A stretch of DNA of 64,000 bases. Origin: Blasia pusilla. Lineage: Eukaryota. The stretch lies in assembly GCA_050084515.1 (NCBI GenBank), contig CM114271.1, forward strand, positions 11,346,001 to 11,410,000. Reading direction: 5' to 3'. Below are positions 38,165 through 51,100 of the stretch, piece by piece (the stretch's first letter is position 1; every line of letters begins with the position of its first letter). Under the pieces are notes generated by a model that had not been told where the DNA came from, searched no databases, and saw only the letters and a list, made by a program, of their open reading frames with translations. The position numbers and the translations under genes are program-made.

Positions 38165-39682
38165 ATGGCGAGAGGCCGAGGGACTGCCAAGAGCCGACCT
38201 AAGAGAACTCTTCAGACAACTCGCAAACATAGACAGAAGCAGGAAGTGATGGCGAGAGGTGCGGCCATGGCTCTTATGAAGTCCGGAGTATACTTGGCCT
38301 TAGGTATTTCGAGTGAGCTTTGCAAAGCCTTGGAGGAGAGGTCTTTATGGCAGATCTTTGGCGTGGATTGGTTGAAGTCTCCGGTGGCGTTACTTACGGA
38401 GCTGCATTCAAGTTCCAAGATGAACGAATTCATCAAGAAGGGGTTCAAGTATCAGGCCCAGCCAACCAATTGGTACGCCGATCTATGGAGCCTTTTGTAT
38501 GGGTTACCCATGACCCCTGAAGAAGAGCTTAACTATGATGCCCTCGTCCGGCACGAAGAGCTTGGAGAACTTGGGTGTGTGATAGCGGAGCGCTTAGGAA
38601 GGAACGGCTACAAGCCGCAGTGGTTGAGCCCTCCCTTGTTTGCGCAATTTTATAAGTTGTACCAGGTCTTGTTCAACCCTAGAAGAATGTACTACATGAG
38701 CAATAAGCTTGTGAAGCAGTGTTACACTCTTTGGAACATGCATTTGCATTCTGAAGAGCCAAGATTAGATTTTTCGGGGCTTGTTCACGCCCATGTAATC
38801 AATTTGGTTGAAGCTTTGACGCCGAGAGAGAAGTCTTATCTCTCTCGCTTCTTGATTTGTCTATACATCCATATTGAGGAGATTTCCATTGACGAAGCCT
38901 GGGATTGGGTCACGGCTCCCCCGATCAAGAAGCCAAAAGCGTCCGAAGCATTTGCTTCAAGCACCTGGGAGGCAACAATAGCAACAACGGCAGCAGCCAC
39001 GCCGCAAAGTGTTCCAAGAACCAAGCAGAGACTAGCGGAAGGATCTTTGTCCCGGCCGCCTTCACAATCCCTTGAGCTACCAAGACCAAAGAGAGTCAAA
39101 ATCGAATCACAACCAAACGAAGAAGAAGAAGCGGCTGAAACACCAGTAGTCTCTACAGTAGAGTCGAATGTCGTCCCTTCAAGTTCGGGAGACAGCCTTG
39201 CAGTACAGCCCATTCATATGACCTTGAAGCACTTAACCTCATTTCTAGGGGTTGCCGAACCTATGCTTCAAGAATTGAAGAAGATCGGGACCTTGTCCGA
39301 TCATGCTCCGGTGCAAGACTACTTGAAGGTCCTCAGGGAAATGCGGAGCATTGCTGTCAAGACTCAAATGCAAAGGACAATCAACAAGTCTATGGAAAGA
39401 CAAAACCAAACCCGGGAGGAGGAAATTGATGAGCTTCAGAAGTCTCTTTGCAGAGCTGAAGCAAAGTTGGTGGAATCTAAGTACGAGTCACGTAACGCTC
39501 GGCAGTGGGAGAGCTTGGAAATCAACATTGAGCATGGAGCGGACCAGTTCTTTGCACAATTACAACAGTCTTTGCTCCACACAAAGAGGCTGCAAGAGCG
39601 GATCGATCTTCTCCAGGCGAGTCTTCAGAGTGTGATGTTGGAGAACGCGAAGAAGGGTAAGCTCCTCGTAGACCAACAATAG
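38165..39682 (+). CDS. Extra ORF downstream of pol, unknown function (about 505 aa from ATG 38165; basic N-terminus, helical core, low-complexity linker, coiled-coil-like C-terminus)
   Basis: Longest ORF in the window and uninterrupted; homologue at 24000-25500. Confidence 0.7.
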   Translation: MARGRGTAKSRPKRTLQTTRKHRQKQEVMARGAAMALMKSGVYLALGISSELCKALEERSLWQIFGVDWLKSPVALLTELHSSSKMNEFIKKGFKYQAQPTNWYADLWSLLYGLPMTPEEELNYDALVRHEELGELGCVIAERLGRNGYKPQWLSPPLFAQFYKLYQVLFNPRRMYYMSNKLVKQCYTLWNMHLHSEEPRLDFSGLVHAHVINLVEALTPREKSYLSRFLICLYIHIEEISIDEAWDWVTAPPIKKPKASEAFASSTWEATIATTAAATPQSVPRTKQRLAEGSLSRPPSQSLELPRPKRVKIESQPNEEEEAAETPVVSTVESNVVPSSSGDSLAVQPIHMTLKHLTSFLGVAEPMLQELKKIGTLSDHAPVQDYLKVLREMRSIAVKTQMQRTINKSMERQNQTREEEIDELQKSLCRAEAKLVESKYESRNARQWESLEINIEHGADQFFAQLQQSLLHTKRLQERIDLLQASLQSVMLENAKKGKLLVDQQ

Positions 39683-39687
39683 ACCAA

Positions 39688-41720
39688 GTGGGATGACTTC
39701 TGCCCGCCAGACCAGGTTGAAGAGACTCACTAGAGAACGAGCCATAGTAGCATCGCCACACTTCAACAGCTCATTGAGAACCTCATCACCATCGCCTGCT
39801 TTGTGGTTCAAAAATTATTGGATCGCTGCTCCCACCTTGGCCAAGGAGAATCAATCGTCATATGGGTTGCCTAGCTCAACCTCATCATCTACCTTCTCCC
39901 GTTGTATCTTAACAAAATCCTCCATCACCCTCTCAAAGTTCTGCTCTTCAAGGGATGTCTGAGCGGGCTTCTTGCCTAACTCCTTGTAATGGTCTTCCAA
40001 CACGTGTCAGATCTGTTTAGCGGTGGTCACCATTCCACCGTCTTTTCTCTTCAAGGCCTTTATGTCATATTTGTCCCTGGCCTTGCTCAATTTATGCATT
40101 TCCATCTAGAACTTTTTCTGATTCTCAATAAAATTCTCATGGATGGATGAGTATGTCGCTTGGTTCAATTTCTTCTTCTACATGCGCACGAGAAGACGAG
40201 TTTCCTTGCGTAGGGCCACATACTCTGCCCACAAGGATGCATCGTCCTTGGCTTTGGCACTTGTTACATATGCTTCCCTTCGTTTGGCAATGGTTGCCTT
40301 GAGTTCCAAGGACCACCATTTGACGGCTGTGCCGCATACTATCAATTTCCTACCAACAAAAATCTCGGCGGCATGTGTCACTCCACGTTCCCACCATGCG
40401 AGCACCATGTCCACAGTTGTTCTTGTGAACTCAAAGGTCTTGACGGTAGATTCAATGAAAGTGTCAAATGCCAAGAGATTTTCTTCCAGCTTGCCAATGT
40501 ACACCTTCTTATTACCCTCATCTTGGAAGTCCTCTATCCTCCATTTCTTGATCACTCTCTTCACTGGTTTAGTCGAGCATTTTAGCCTTTGCTACAACTC
40601 TGTCCAAACCAATGAATGATCTTATCTTCTAATGTGTGTCGCATCCACTGTGATCTTCCCACTACGTGTGTAGAGTTCCTCATCCACAGCTCTGTAGTCC
40701 ACAATGGAGCTTTCATTCTCCTTGAAGTTGACCCTAGTCCAAGCCGGGGAACCCACCTTATGCCTATCTTTTAGTGCCATCACTTGAAGTTCTCTCAACA
40801 TCGTGATCAGCCGTGTGCCATTTCCATTCACTCTCACATCTCCAAACATCCCGATCTCCGCTTGGGGATCAGTACCTTGCCCCATCCAACTGTTGAAGTC
40901 TCCCAGCAAGACTATGTTCCCCTTCATCTGGAACCCAAGGCAATCAGTTTTCTCACTATCAAACGTTGCCTCTGTTACAGCAGTAGATTCACTGTTTGTA
41001 GGCATGTAAATACACCCAATATACATATCTCGCGTGTTGCACTCTACTCGGACTTTGACCCAAATGCTCGAGCCCTGTGCTGATGATCTCACACCTGTCC
41101 ACCATGAAGTCTCTGATGACGAACCCGACACCCTTCATACCTCTGTTGTTGTTCTCCTGGGTGTTGCACATCCATCTTTCCAAACCATGCATAGTGTGGT
41201 ACATGGGGTATCTCCATTAACTTGGTTTCCCAAGTTTCTTGACCACCGCATATATGTATTTGATTTTTCAGCAAAACTTCAGCAACCTCCAAATGCTTTG
41301 TTGCATGGGTCAATCCATAGAAGTTCCACGTACCCAAACGGAGACCTATTACTAAGTGGATTGGGGTTCGGCGGGCATGCTTTTTGCGTAGGTGTGGTTG
41401 CTTGCAACATGGAACCTCTTCATGTGCAGGCTCTTCATCAATGGTTCCTTGGAGAGCACTAAAGATATTAGGTGTGTAGATCACTTGCGGTTTTGTGGAG
41501 ATGGTTTCCTTCAAGCTGGAACTACCCTCGACTACCATAGCCCTCTAGTTGTAGGCACGTCTCATTTCTTGAGACACCTGGTTTTTGTGGCAAGCCAAGT
41601 ATTGGCCTCCTCTGCCCTTGATAGATGCCTTGAAGATACATTGAAGGCCATTCATCATCCGAGTAACCCCAGCTGTAGCCAGGAATTCAAAGCCCAGAGC
41701 TGCGCACATGATCTCATATG
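39688..41720 (-). mobile_element. LINE 5' fragment with APE endonuclease, same family as 29645-30387
   Basis: RLGTWNFYGL, ICGGQETW, IVLLGDFNS, SIVDY; 39690-40100 is homologous to 29980-30385. Confidence 0.88.
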
Positions 41721-41721
41721 A

Positions 41722-41724
<3 letters not shown>

Positions 41725-41786
<62 letters not shown>
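41725..41786. repeat. (GA)n microsatellite
   Basis: Pure GA run. Confidence 0.98.
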
Positions 41787-41790
<4 letters not shown>

Positions 41791-41834
41791 TATGCATATT
41801 AAGAGACCTTGTTGAGACGAGTGTTGATTTAATT

Positions 41835-41930
41835 AGAGATATTTAGGTACTCGATATTTGGATGTCATGAGCTAGTATGGGATCTTGCGTCTTTGTGTGT
41901 GTATTTTGTGACAACGATGTATGCGTAGGA
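41835..41930 (+). repeat. Degenerate solo copy of the A terminal segment of the DNMT-Gypsy family
   Basis: gagatatttaggtact...catgagctagtatgggatc...tgtgtgtgt...aacgatgtatgcg resembles 21788-21910. Confidence 0.55.
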
Positions 41931-44900
41931 CATAGTGGCAAACTAGTCACAAAATGGAGCGGCAAGGTAGTCGCACAAAATGGACTCAAATGGAGTCATA
42001 AGATAGCTGCAAAGTTGATCATTGGACTTGCAAATCAACAACATGATGGTTACAATCCCTTGTAGTGAGTATCATGGTGAACAGTAAGGCAACTAGGTTT
42101 TGCCAATGGGGTAGTTTCTTGTATAGATAAGAGTCCTTACATAGGAAAAACTCACACTTTAAGATGGCATAAATATACAATGGTAAATAATAGGTTCCAA
42201 CATTAGTTTCCCAATGGATTGCAAGAATTAAACCTTAATTTTTCAATGATGCAAATGGAAGATACCCATAGAAGCAAGATTTCACATAGAGAACTCTAGA
42301 AGGATAGCCAACAAAAGAAAATAGTAGGATTGAGCAGAATAGTGAAATACTAGATTAGCAATTTTGATGTTGACCAGGCATAAAATGTATGTATTTGTAA
42401 CAAGAAAGAAAGTGGATGATTTCACGCCATGGGATTGAGTATGGTATGTACATGAGCTCAATTTTTTTTTAATTTCTTTCAAATGATTATAACTTTGTGG
42501 AAAAAAAAGTTAGGGGTAAATGTGAAGTGTAATATAGGGCATGTGGAGAAGGTAAGCTTCAACCTAGGGTAGGATCAATCTAACTAGCGTATCATGAAGG
42601 CTCGACTTAAGGAAATTAGATGTGTCATCTAAGCCGGATTGTATGAAAGGTTATACTAGAATGTAAAAAGAAGCATTTGTGTGTAAGGACAAGACAACAC
42701 GGTCGTGGTGGGAATCCAAATGTACAAGTATTGAAGGACCCGAATGTAAGACCTCGAGGGGGCAGTTATGTTATTGTGATCTTCCGTGGAAGGGAGTGGC
42801 ATCAATGGAAATCAAATCCAACTAGTGTATAGCCCATGTCATATAAAAATTGAAACAAAAAATTACTGCCTTTAGTATGGGAAACATTTTCTTGTTGTCC
42901 ACTTGCCACATGTCAAACAGAAGAGGTGTTTCCAAATCGAGAAGAAACTCTCCAATAAATATAAATGGTGTCTTTCACCTATACAATTCCCTGGTGGAAG
43001 GAAGAAAGGCCGTAGTTGAATAAGAGATGCACCATAATTAAATACCAAAACATGTGAAACGATTGCCCCAAAAAATTATTTAGGGCACACATGGTGGTCT
43101 CATAGTGCCAAAGTTCCAATAGTTTATGCCTCACTATGGAGAAGAATGAGTTAGCCTCCTTGGAGAAGTAGGTGCCGATAATATTCTCCATTTCTCAAAT
43201 TGGAGACTGGGATTATGAGTTACACGTCTACAACGTAAAGCTTGAGCACGTCTTAAATCAAGAGACTTGTGTATATCCTCCGGAGATTGTTGAAGGTTGG
43301 TTTTCTTTGGAGATTCTTTTGAGTAGTCCTTGATTTGGGATGATTTTCGTTGGAGATTCTTCAAGCTATGTTGTTTTTCGGATATTCTTCTTGGTGGTTT
43401 CTGGTTTGGGATGATTTCCTTTGGAAATTTTTCGAGGTTGGTTCTTCTTTTGGATGGTTTTCATGGGAGATTCTTGCAGCTTGGCTCCTCCTCTTTAAAA
43501 CGATTTCCTTCGAGGATTCCTCCAACTCGGTTCTTCCCCTATGGGAGAAGTTCCTTGGTGGACGATTTCCCTCGGGGAATCTTCCGGGTTGGTTCAAGTT
43601 TTGATTCGGGTTAGGGATGACTACAATTGGAGATTCTTCCAGCTTGCCTCCTCTTTAGGACGACTGCCTTTCGAGATTCTTCATCGGGACCACTCTTTTC
43701 GGAGATTCTTCTAGCTTAGTTTCTCTTTTAGAGGCTTTCCTTCAAGCTCGTTCTTCTTTGGAGATTCTCCCAGCCCCCGGAGGATTTCCTTCGAAGATTC
43801 TCCAAGCTTCCTTCATCGGGGTGACTTCTCCTCGAGGATTTCCTTCGACTATTCTCGAAGCCCAGTTCTTCCGTGGGACGATTTCCTGCAGAGATTCTTC
43901 CACCTCGGCTGTCGTTGGGGGCGATTTGCATTCCACATCGGATATTCTCCCCGTGAGTTTCTTTTGGGTTTTAAAGTCTCGCCGGTGCACTCGTCGGATC
44001 TTCACCACTCCCCAAACATACGTCGTCCGTCTGTTTGTTTGTTGGTTCGTTGAGCAGAGCCATCGCACGTATCGCGTTGCATCACTCGCTGCCACTCAAT
44101 TCCCCGTGCGTATGAGCAACACTTTGATTCTATCAACTTTGACTGACATGTATGGTCCACAAGGGGTACCTACGTCGTTATGGTGGGCCCATCTCTATGC
44201 TTGTGTGTGGCCTCCTTATGTGGTGTGCTGTGCACACACCAATGCGCACAAGCACGTTCATGACCAACAGCAGCGGCAGCACCAACGACACATCATGAGT
44301 GCTTTTATCGTGACTTGCGAACTGATCAATTGATTGCATTTGGGAAGGGAAGTAGACAAGGTTGGGTTTGACGTTGTGAGAATTCAACGAAAGCCGGGAG
44401 CATAGGCTGAATATTGGAGGGGTTACGAAGAACAGATCCTTTCGATGAGGGGAGGAATTTTTCATGACCGGGTTTGACAATTTGTAGAGCAGATTCATTC
44501 CTCCGTTTCTTAAGGTGTTTGACATCGACTTGTGGGGACTTTCTTATGGGAGAAAGACTTTGACATGAAGAAAACTAGTTGGTGGTTTAGCAAAGCTAAA
44601 ATTTGGAGGAAACACTCCGTTACTCATCCTATACTAACCAACCAGAATATGTTAATGTTAAATCCGCATTATTCATTAAAAAATAATAATGATTGATAAC
44701 AGTAATAAAAAAATCACTACCGATAGTCTTGAAACCATGATATCACATTATATCCTAATTCATTTTGTAAAATAAGTACACGCTTACAGCCACAATAGGT
44801 CATTGCAAGAGTAATTATGTAGCACTTAGATGAATGATGACTAGCCCTTTTAAGAGAAGGGCTAGTGAACAATTTTTAAAGGGTGTCTTAGGGCAACCGC

Positions 44901-45081
44901 AGACAATTGGAAAACAATTAAATAACAGTTAAAGGTATCATGGAATCCCCAGGTATGTGTTATGCCACGAACAATAATTCCCACTAGGAGCGTTTTTAAA
45001 CGGTGAAACCAGAATTCAAAGGGGGGATACGGGAAGGCTAGGGGAGGGAGGCATTCAAGTAACGGGGTTTTAGGGAACATG

Positions 45082-45120
45082 GAGTGGACTGTGCACGGTC
45101 CGCTCACATGTCCTAACTAG
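45082..45120 (+). mobile_element. Helitron-like 3' terminus
   Basis: 24-nt GC-rich hairpin gagtggactgtgcacggtccgctc, 11 nt, then CTAG followed by T. Confidence 0.6.
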
Positions 45121-48100
45121 TGAGTTCTATTGACGGCTAGAACTCGCTAGCTATATGCACACATATTTATGCGTTGTATGCCAATTCACACAAACTTTTC
45201 CTCTCCCTCTCATAGAAAGTACAAAAACTTTCTATGTAATTTGAGCCATAAAAATCACTTTTAAGACTAGAAAATGATAATAAGAGTTCAAAAAATGTTA
45301 ATGAAAAGTATAGGTCGTGATTAAAATATGGTGTGTCATAAAGCCTGGACTCAAAAAATTATTACTCTCTCTTGCTCAACAGGACTTATGCTTATGGAGG
45401 AAAATATATCATTTGCAAATCTACATTATTAGCCTAGGAAGGAAATAGTGTAAGTAGGAAGGGTAGAAAACAAAAAACGAAAAATCATAAGTGAAGCATT
45501 ACACTTTTTATCTGTTGGTTTTTAGTATTATGCCCGTTGTAGTACGCATGTTTTAGTGGACCCTCTATAAATCCACAAAGGTAAGAATATTTGTTTTTCT
45601 AACATTTGGGGGTTTTCTAGTTTAAAAAAGTGTATTTAAGATTAGAGTTTGGATTGTATCCGCATTAGATGACGCAGTAAGTGAAATGAGATAAGGTGAC
45701 AAATTGAAAAAGGAACCAGTGTACCAGTGCCTCCTCACATACTTGCTATTGGCTACATTATTGTGAGTTGATCACCGTTTGTTTCCATTCCATCATTCAA
45801 ACAATCTTTCTGCATTCTATCAAACCTCCGAAATAATATTAATTTTCACAACTCAACTTTAAGAGATGGAAGGTTGCAAAGCCAAAAAGTAAACATTCAT
45901 TTTTATCGTTAGGTCATGAAGCCAATGCATCGTACGAGCATCTGTATCATTCCATATAGTATTTGAAAAACTTGTACATCCAAGAGCGTGTTAGAAACTC
46001 TATTATTCCTTAGGCAAGCAAAATTCATAAGATTGGACAACAACATGGAGCGGATATGCAAGGGAAATGGAATGCCCTCCACCACACTTGTAAAGCATTC
46101 AATTTTTTGAGACCTTAAAAAAATAAACGTGGACAAGAACGGTTTTGAATTATCAATATGTCAAGATTAAAGGTCATTTGTTTGGATAATCTAGTCTAAA
46201 GATCCACGGTGTGCACAATTAGCTTCAAACACATGCTAAATGCTAATTTCCATCTCGTAGGGAAATATCATCCTTCTAAAAAATATGTCAAAAAATAAAT
46301 ATTTATTTATTCTTTCAGGTTATATTATTAAAATTTTCATTAGAACATGTATAGTGGAAAATAGAATTAATTAATGGGGGAATATAGAATTAAGGGGAGG
46401 GTAGTCTTTCAATGTATGGAGCATGAGACGTATATATATTAATAATCCAACCAGCTAAAATGTGTGTTTAATACCCTCTAGCAAAACCTTTTTCTGTTTT
46501 GGGCCATCCATAAGACACAAATCTCCGTGAATATGTATGGATGATGTGTGCCTTTGTTATGTGCCCTAAACACACAAATCTCCATGAAAAATGTCATGAC
46601 AAGATTTCTTTATTTTTCTATCACCAAATTAGAAAATATGGGAGTGGTTTATGTGGTTCATTTTTGGTCGATAGTACTGTCACAATTTTCAAAGATGCCA
46701 TTTCACTTTTCCATGATTTTCCAACCACTTTTTATGTGTGGATGTCTTTTTAGTTGGAATATTAAAGGTTAAAACAACACATAGACATCATGATGATGTG
46801 CCTAATTTAGAATCTCCTTACTTCTATAACTATATACTATTAAGAGGTCAATCCAAAATTGATTGTTTGACATAGTTAGATTTTCTTCTTGAAATATATT
46901 CATCTTAGTAAAATATGTATTGAATAATGAATCTCTTAGAAACTTCTAAAATTATATTATATAAATTTAGACCTAGGATATTGCTTAATTTCACCAAATT
47001 TTGAGAATTTTTTCAGATTAAATTTCAGGCCAAGCTCTTCAAAAAAAAAGTATTCATTCCTATTCTTCATGTATTTGTAGGATATTTTCATCGAATTATT
47101 TGATGAAATAAAAAATTATGTGCTAATTTAAGACATCAGTGTATATCCATCTCCATGGGAATTGTAAAAACCTCAACTCGTGTGGATATCTTATGCATTC
47201 AAAGCTAATGTGAACCTATTGATCATATCTTTATTATTATTATTATCAACGTGGCATGAACAATAAGAAATAATAATAATACTCTCACTACCGAGTACTC
47301 CTTGATACTAGGTGGATATAACATATGGGGAAGGGAGAGAGATTGTATTGGAATTTCACAGGAAAGGTAAAGCAGTCACAAGGAATTATTTGGTACTTCT
47401 CAAAAAGAGGAAGAGATGAACCTCAAAAGTGGAGGATTGGGGATTATTTTGAGTGAGAAGTGAGATGTTTCTTCATGGAGTTTCTATTTCTGCTTGTTGC
47501 AAAGGCCAAGAAATTATTTGGGATAGGGAGTGGAGGAGTTGGATATTTATTAAAGATTAGGAACCCAAAGAAGTACCATTTTTGTGCGTAGTGCATACAT
47601 GAAACTAGTCTAGTAAACCCCATTGTCCTCACACATTAAAAAGAGATAAGAGAAGAAAAAAGGGAACCCCTTAGTAGTATGGTAATTTAGTTTATCCTAC
47701 CCACCAAATATTCAAAAAATCATGCATACTTGAAAAGAGAATTAAAATGAAGATTCCTGGATGAATGCATGTTATATTTGTAATTCAAGGCTGTGCCACA
47801 CATACTATTGGGCTGATGGATTTTATTTTTTAAACCCGTGAATATAAATTTCCAAGAAAAAATGATGAGGCATTTAGAGTAGCTAAATTCTCTGATGTCA
47901 AATATATGGTGTGTTAGCATTTCTAGGTCATCACTTCAGGCAAGAAACTTGTGAAGATGGAAATATGATAGGAAAAAATTTTGATGTTAGAAATTTGATT
48001 TGAAAAGAAAAAATGGGTTGGACATTTCAAGCGAGAATTTCCATGCAACATGAATTTTCTTTGAAAAAAATTAGTTTGAAATTTCTAGCTGAACATTTCA

Positions 48101-51100
48101 GATAACAAAAAAGAGGGGTAAAAAATCCCACTCCGTCAAATTTTCAGGTCCTTAAATTTGGAAATTTTACTTTTCAGAATTGTTGGATTGCCATTGCTAG
48201 TCGAGACACGCTAATACAAACGCCAGATAAAGCAGACTTTTTGACCTATACGGACCAAAAAGCTTTTCTTTGATGAAGACCAAAAAGCTTTTCTTTTATG
48301 AAGAGAAAAGAATTCAATGGTTTCGTACGTTGGGATGGTGAGGGAATGAGATATATGGGTTAAGATGGACAAAAGTGGATCGAAAAATTGATAGGGTACA
48401 AGGACGCGGACCGTAAGGAGAAAGAGAATTATGAGAGAAAGAGAAATATGAGAGATGGATGAGTGAAGAAAAACGAATTTAGAGGATAAGAAGAGGTCAA
48501 ACCATGAGGAGCTTGAAAACAAAAATTAAAAGCTTATCGAACTTAGAGAGTTATATTTTTTCTGGAGGCATCTTTTTTCGAATTCAAATAACTGTTAAAG
48601 CATCCTAAAAGTAGAGAAATAAAGTGAAATTAAATGAGATGAGAGTGGAAACAAGGGAAGAAATGAAGGGAAAAAAGATATGATTGTAGATAAAGAAGAA
48701 AAGTGAAAGAATTCAAGATGAAAAAAACAAAAGATCGAGGTCGTAGTAAAGGTGAGACAAAAGGAAAACATTCTTTTGAAGGAATTGAATTCTTTTCTCT
48801 TCATCAAAGAACATTATGACTAAGATTTGGATCACCTTGAGACTCTAAGATTTGATGTCCACTTAAACCATTTGATAAGAAAAAGCCAAAAAGTACAAAC
48901 AACTTTGAAAAATATATATTATTAAAATACAACACAAGTAGTCAACAACATAAGCCACAAGGGCCCTTTTAGATATGGAGCATTCTTGGGAGTTTTTTTA
49001 TGTCTTTTTAAACGTAACATTTTTATAATAAAGTTCTTATTAATACTTTGTTCCGCATATGCGCCATGATACTAGCAATTTTTTAGAGAGAAAATAACAT
49101 AAAAAAACAAAAAATTGAAATATATTGGCCTCCTCATTTGACTTGGGAATCCGAAACATAATGCCCAAGAAAGGAGTTTAAAAAAGTAGAAGGCTCATAT
49201 CACCCCAAATTAATCGCATAGACCTTGTGTTTCATGTTTTCTTTGAATTAAAGGATTTAAAAGGGGACATTCAGCATCTTAGATTTTTGTCCAAGTTTTG
49301 TACCAAGATAAGAAAAAAATCACCTTATTGATAAAGTGAAATCTTGGGAACTCAAGAATTCATAGTATTCCATATTATTGCATCAATAGAAGGAAGTTCT
49401 TGATTTTTGTATTCCTGAATTGTTGAAGCCTATTTTAACATGAGATCATATAAGGAAAAATTTAAATGCGTGGAATGAATAATCACCTTGCATAGGACTC
49501 TACCTTTACGAAGATTTTTTTTTCTACCACGTGTTATGATATTTTCTTCTTGTTGCACATATGCCACGTGTCAAGCAAAGGGGCTTTTGAAAATCTAGAA
49601 TCCACTCTTAAAAACATACATTTAACTTTTCACAATGCAAGTGTTAATGGGATGTTGCTTACAACACATCTGAAATTGCATTTTGCGAATGAATTATGGG
49701 TAATGCGAAAATGAGGGATGAAAGACTTGGGTCCATGCAACACACATCCAAGAGCAAGAGTTGCAAAGCATGGATGATTTATTCCCATTGAAATCTCATG
49801 TGTTAGTAACTTAAGCATGTATGGAAAATTATGAGTTCAAATTATTTTTTATCATATTTTCTCTTACCAAATTATGATGCCATCTATACTCTTATTTCAA
49901 ACTTTCTTTTAGAATGTATGGTAATCTTACCTTCAATAGTAGATTAAAATAAGGGTTATTGAGTAAGGTCAAAGTGGACTTGACATATAAGATATGAATC
50001 GAAGAGTGGGGTGGAACGAGATGGGGAACGGATGGATCGATGAACAAATGAAGAAGTGTAGGGATGGGTGCACTAAATAACGATCCACTAACTAGTCAAA
50101 CTATTAGCCCTTACATGCATTTTTCGTTTGCAATTAAAATTTAGTATTTTTAGATTTTAAAATATTTATATTATAATAATAGGATAGGTTTTTCGTTTAA
50201 AACTTGTGTCCATTTTAAATATTTCCCTCTCACCATTTTAAAAGAAATTTGAACCATAAAGTAAAGATAATATTTTCAAGTATGCTTACTTTTATCCTCC
50301 TTTTAGCTTTGTAATTTTCATATTTACCATATTCCACTTCCATTATTTTTTACAGTTTTAAATTTTAAATTTTTATGTAATTCCTTTTCTAGAAAAAATT
50401 TATATTTTGTAAAATAATTTTTTATATTTATAGAAAACCTATCCCTGGAAATTACTTAATAAATTAAAGTGTGTAATATTTTTAAAATATTAAAAAGCAT
50501 AACATAGACTCTTTGGAATTTGGTTGAAGAGGGAAGAAATATGATTTAATTACTTATGAAGATAGGGAAAATTTCTATTCAAATTTTCCCCTTAGCTTCT
50601 CTTCATTTTTATTTACCATACATCTTATGAAATACTCTTTACCTATTTTTTGAGAGGAAAATTAAAAATATTTTTTGCAATTTAAAAAAAAAATAGTTCA
50701 AATATGAGAATGGGGAGTATGTGGATCATATAAGGAGGATTTATTTTTCTAAAATAAAATGGATCTTTTTAATAGTTTGATGTAAGATTTGAGGCACAAT
50801 TCCAATAAATGGAATAGATATAACTCTTAGAGGATGGGTTTGGGAAGATGCTTACATATTTCCATTTGACTTCTCTAGCATCCCCATATATCACATTTTC
50901 TTTGAGATTCACACTTGAATCCAAAAGAAAAGAGAATTATATAGAGTGTGCCTACTTTAATTTCCGTTTCTAATGCAAATAAGCAACCTAAAACAATGTT
51001 TTGGCTTGCTTATTTTCATTGTCTCCATTATTTTTGATAATTTTAATATATAATAGTTTCATTTTCTATGTGTAATGATAGATCTTTATTCCAAAATTAA

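Larger units (their letters stand above)
30388..39687 (+). mobile_element. Athila-like Ty3/Gypsy element, 3'-truncated: 5' LTR about 30388-31920, PBS, gag-pol pseudogene, extra ORF
   Basis: Starts tgtagt where the LINE homology stops; PBS at 31926; gag, PR, RT, RH and IN in Gypsy order. Confidence 0.88.
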
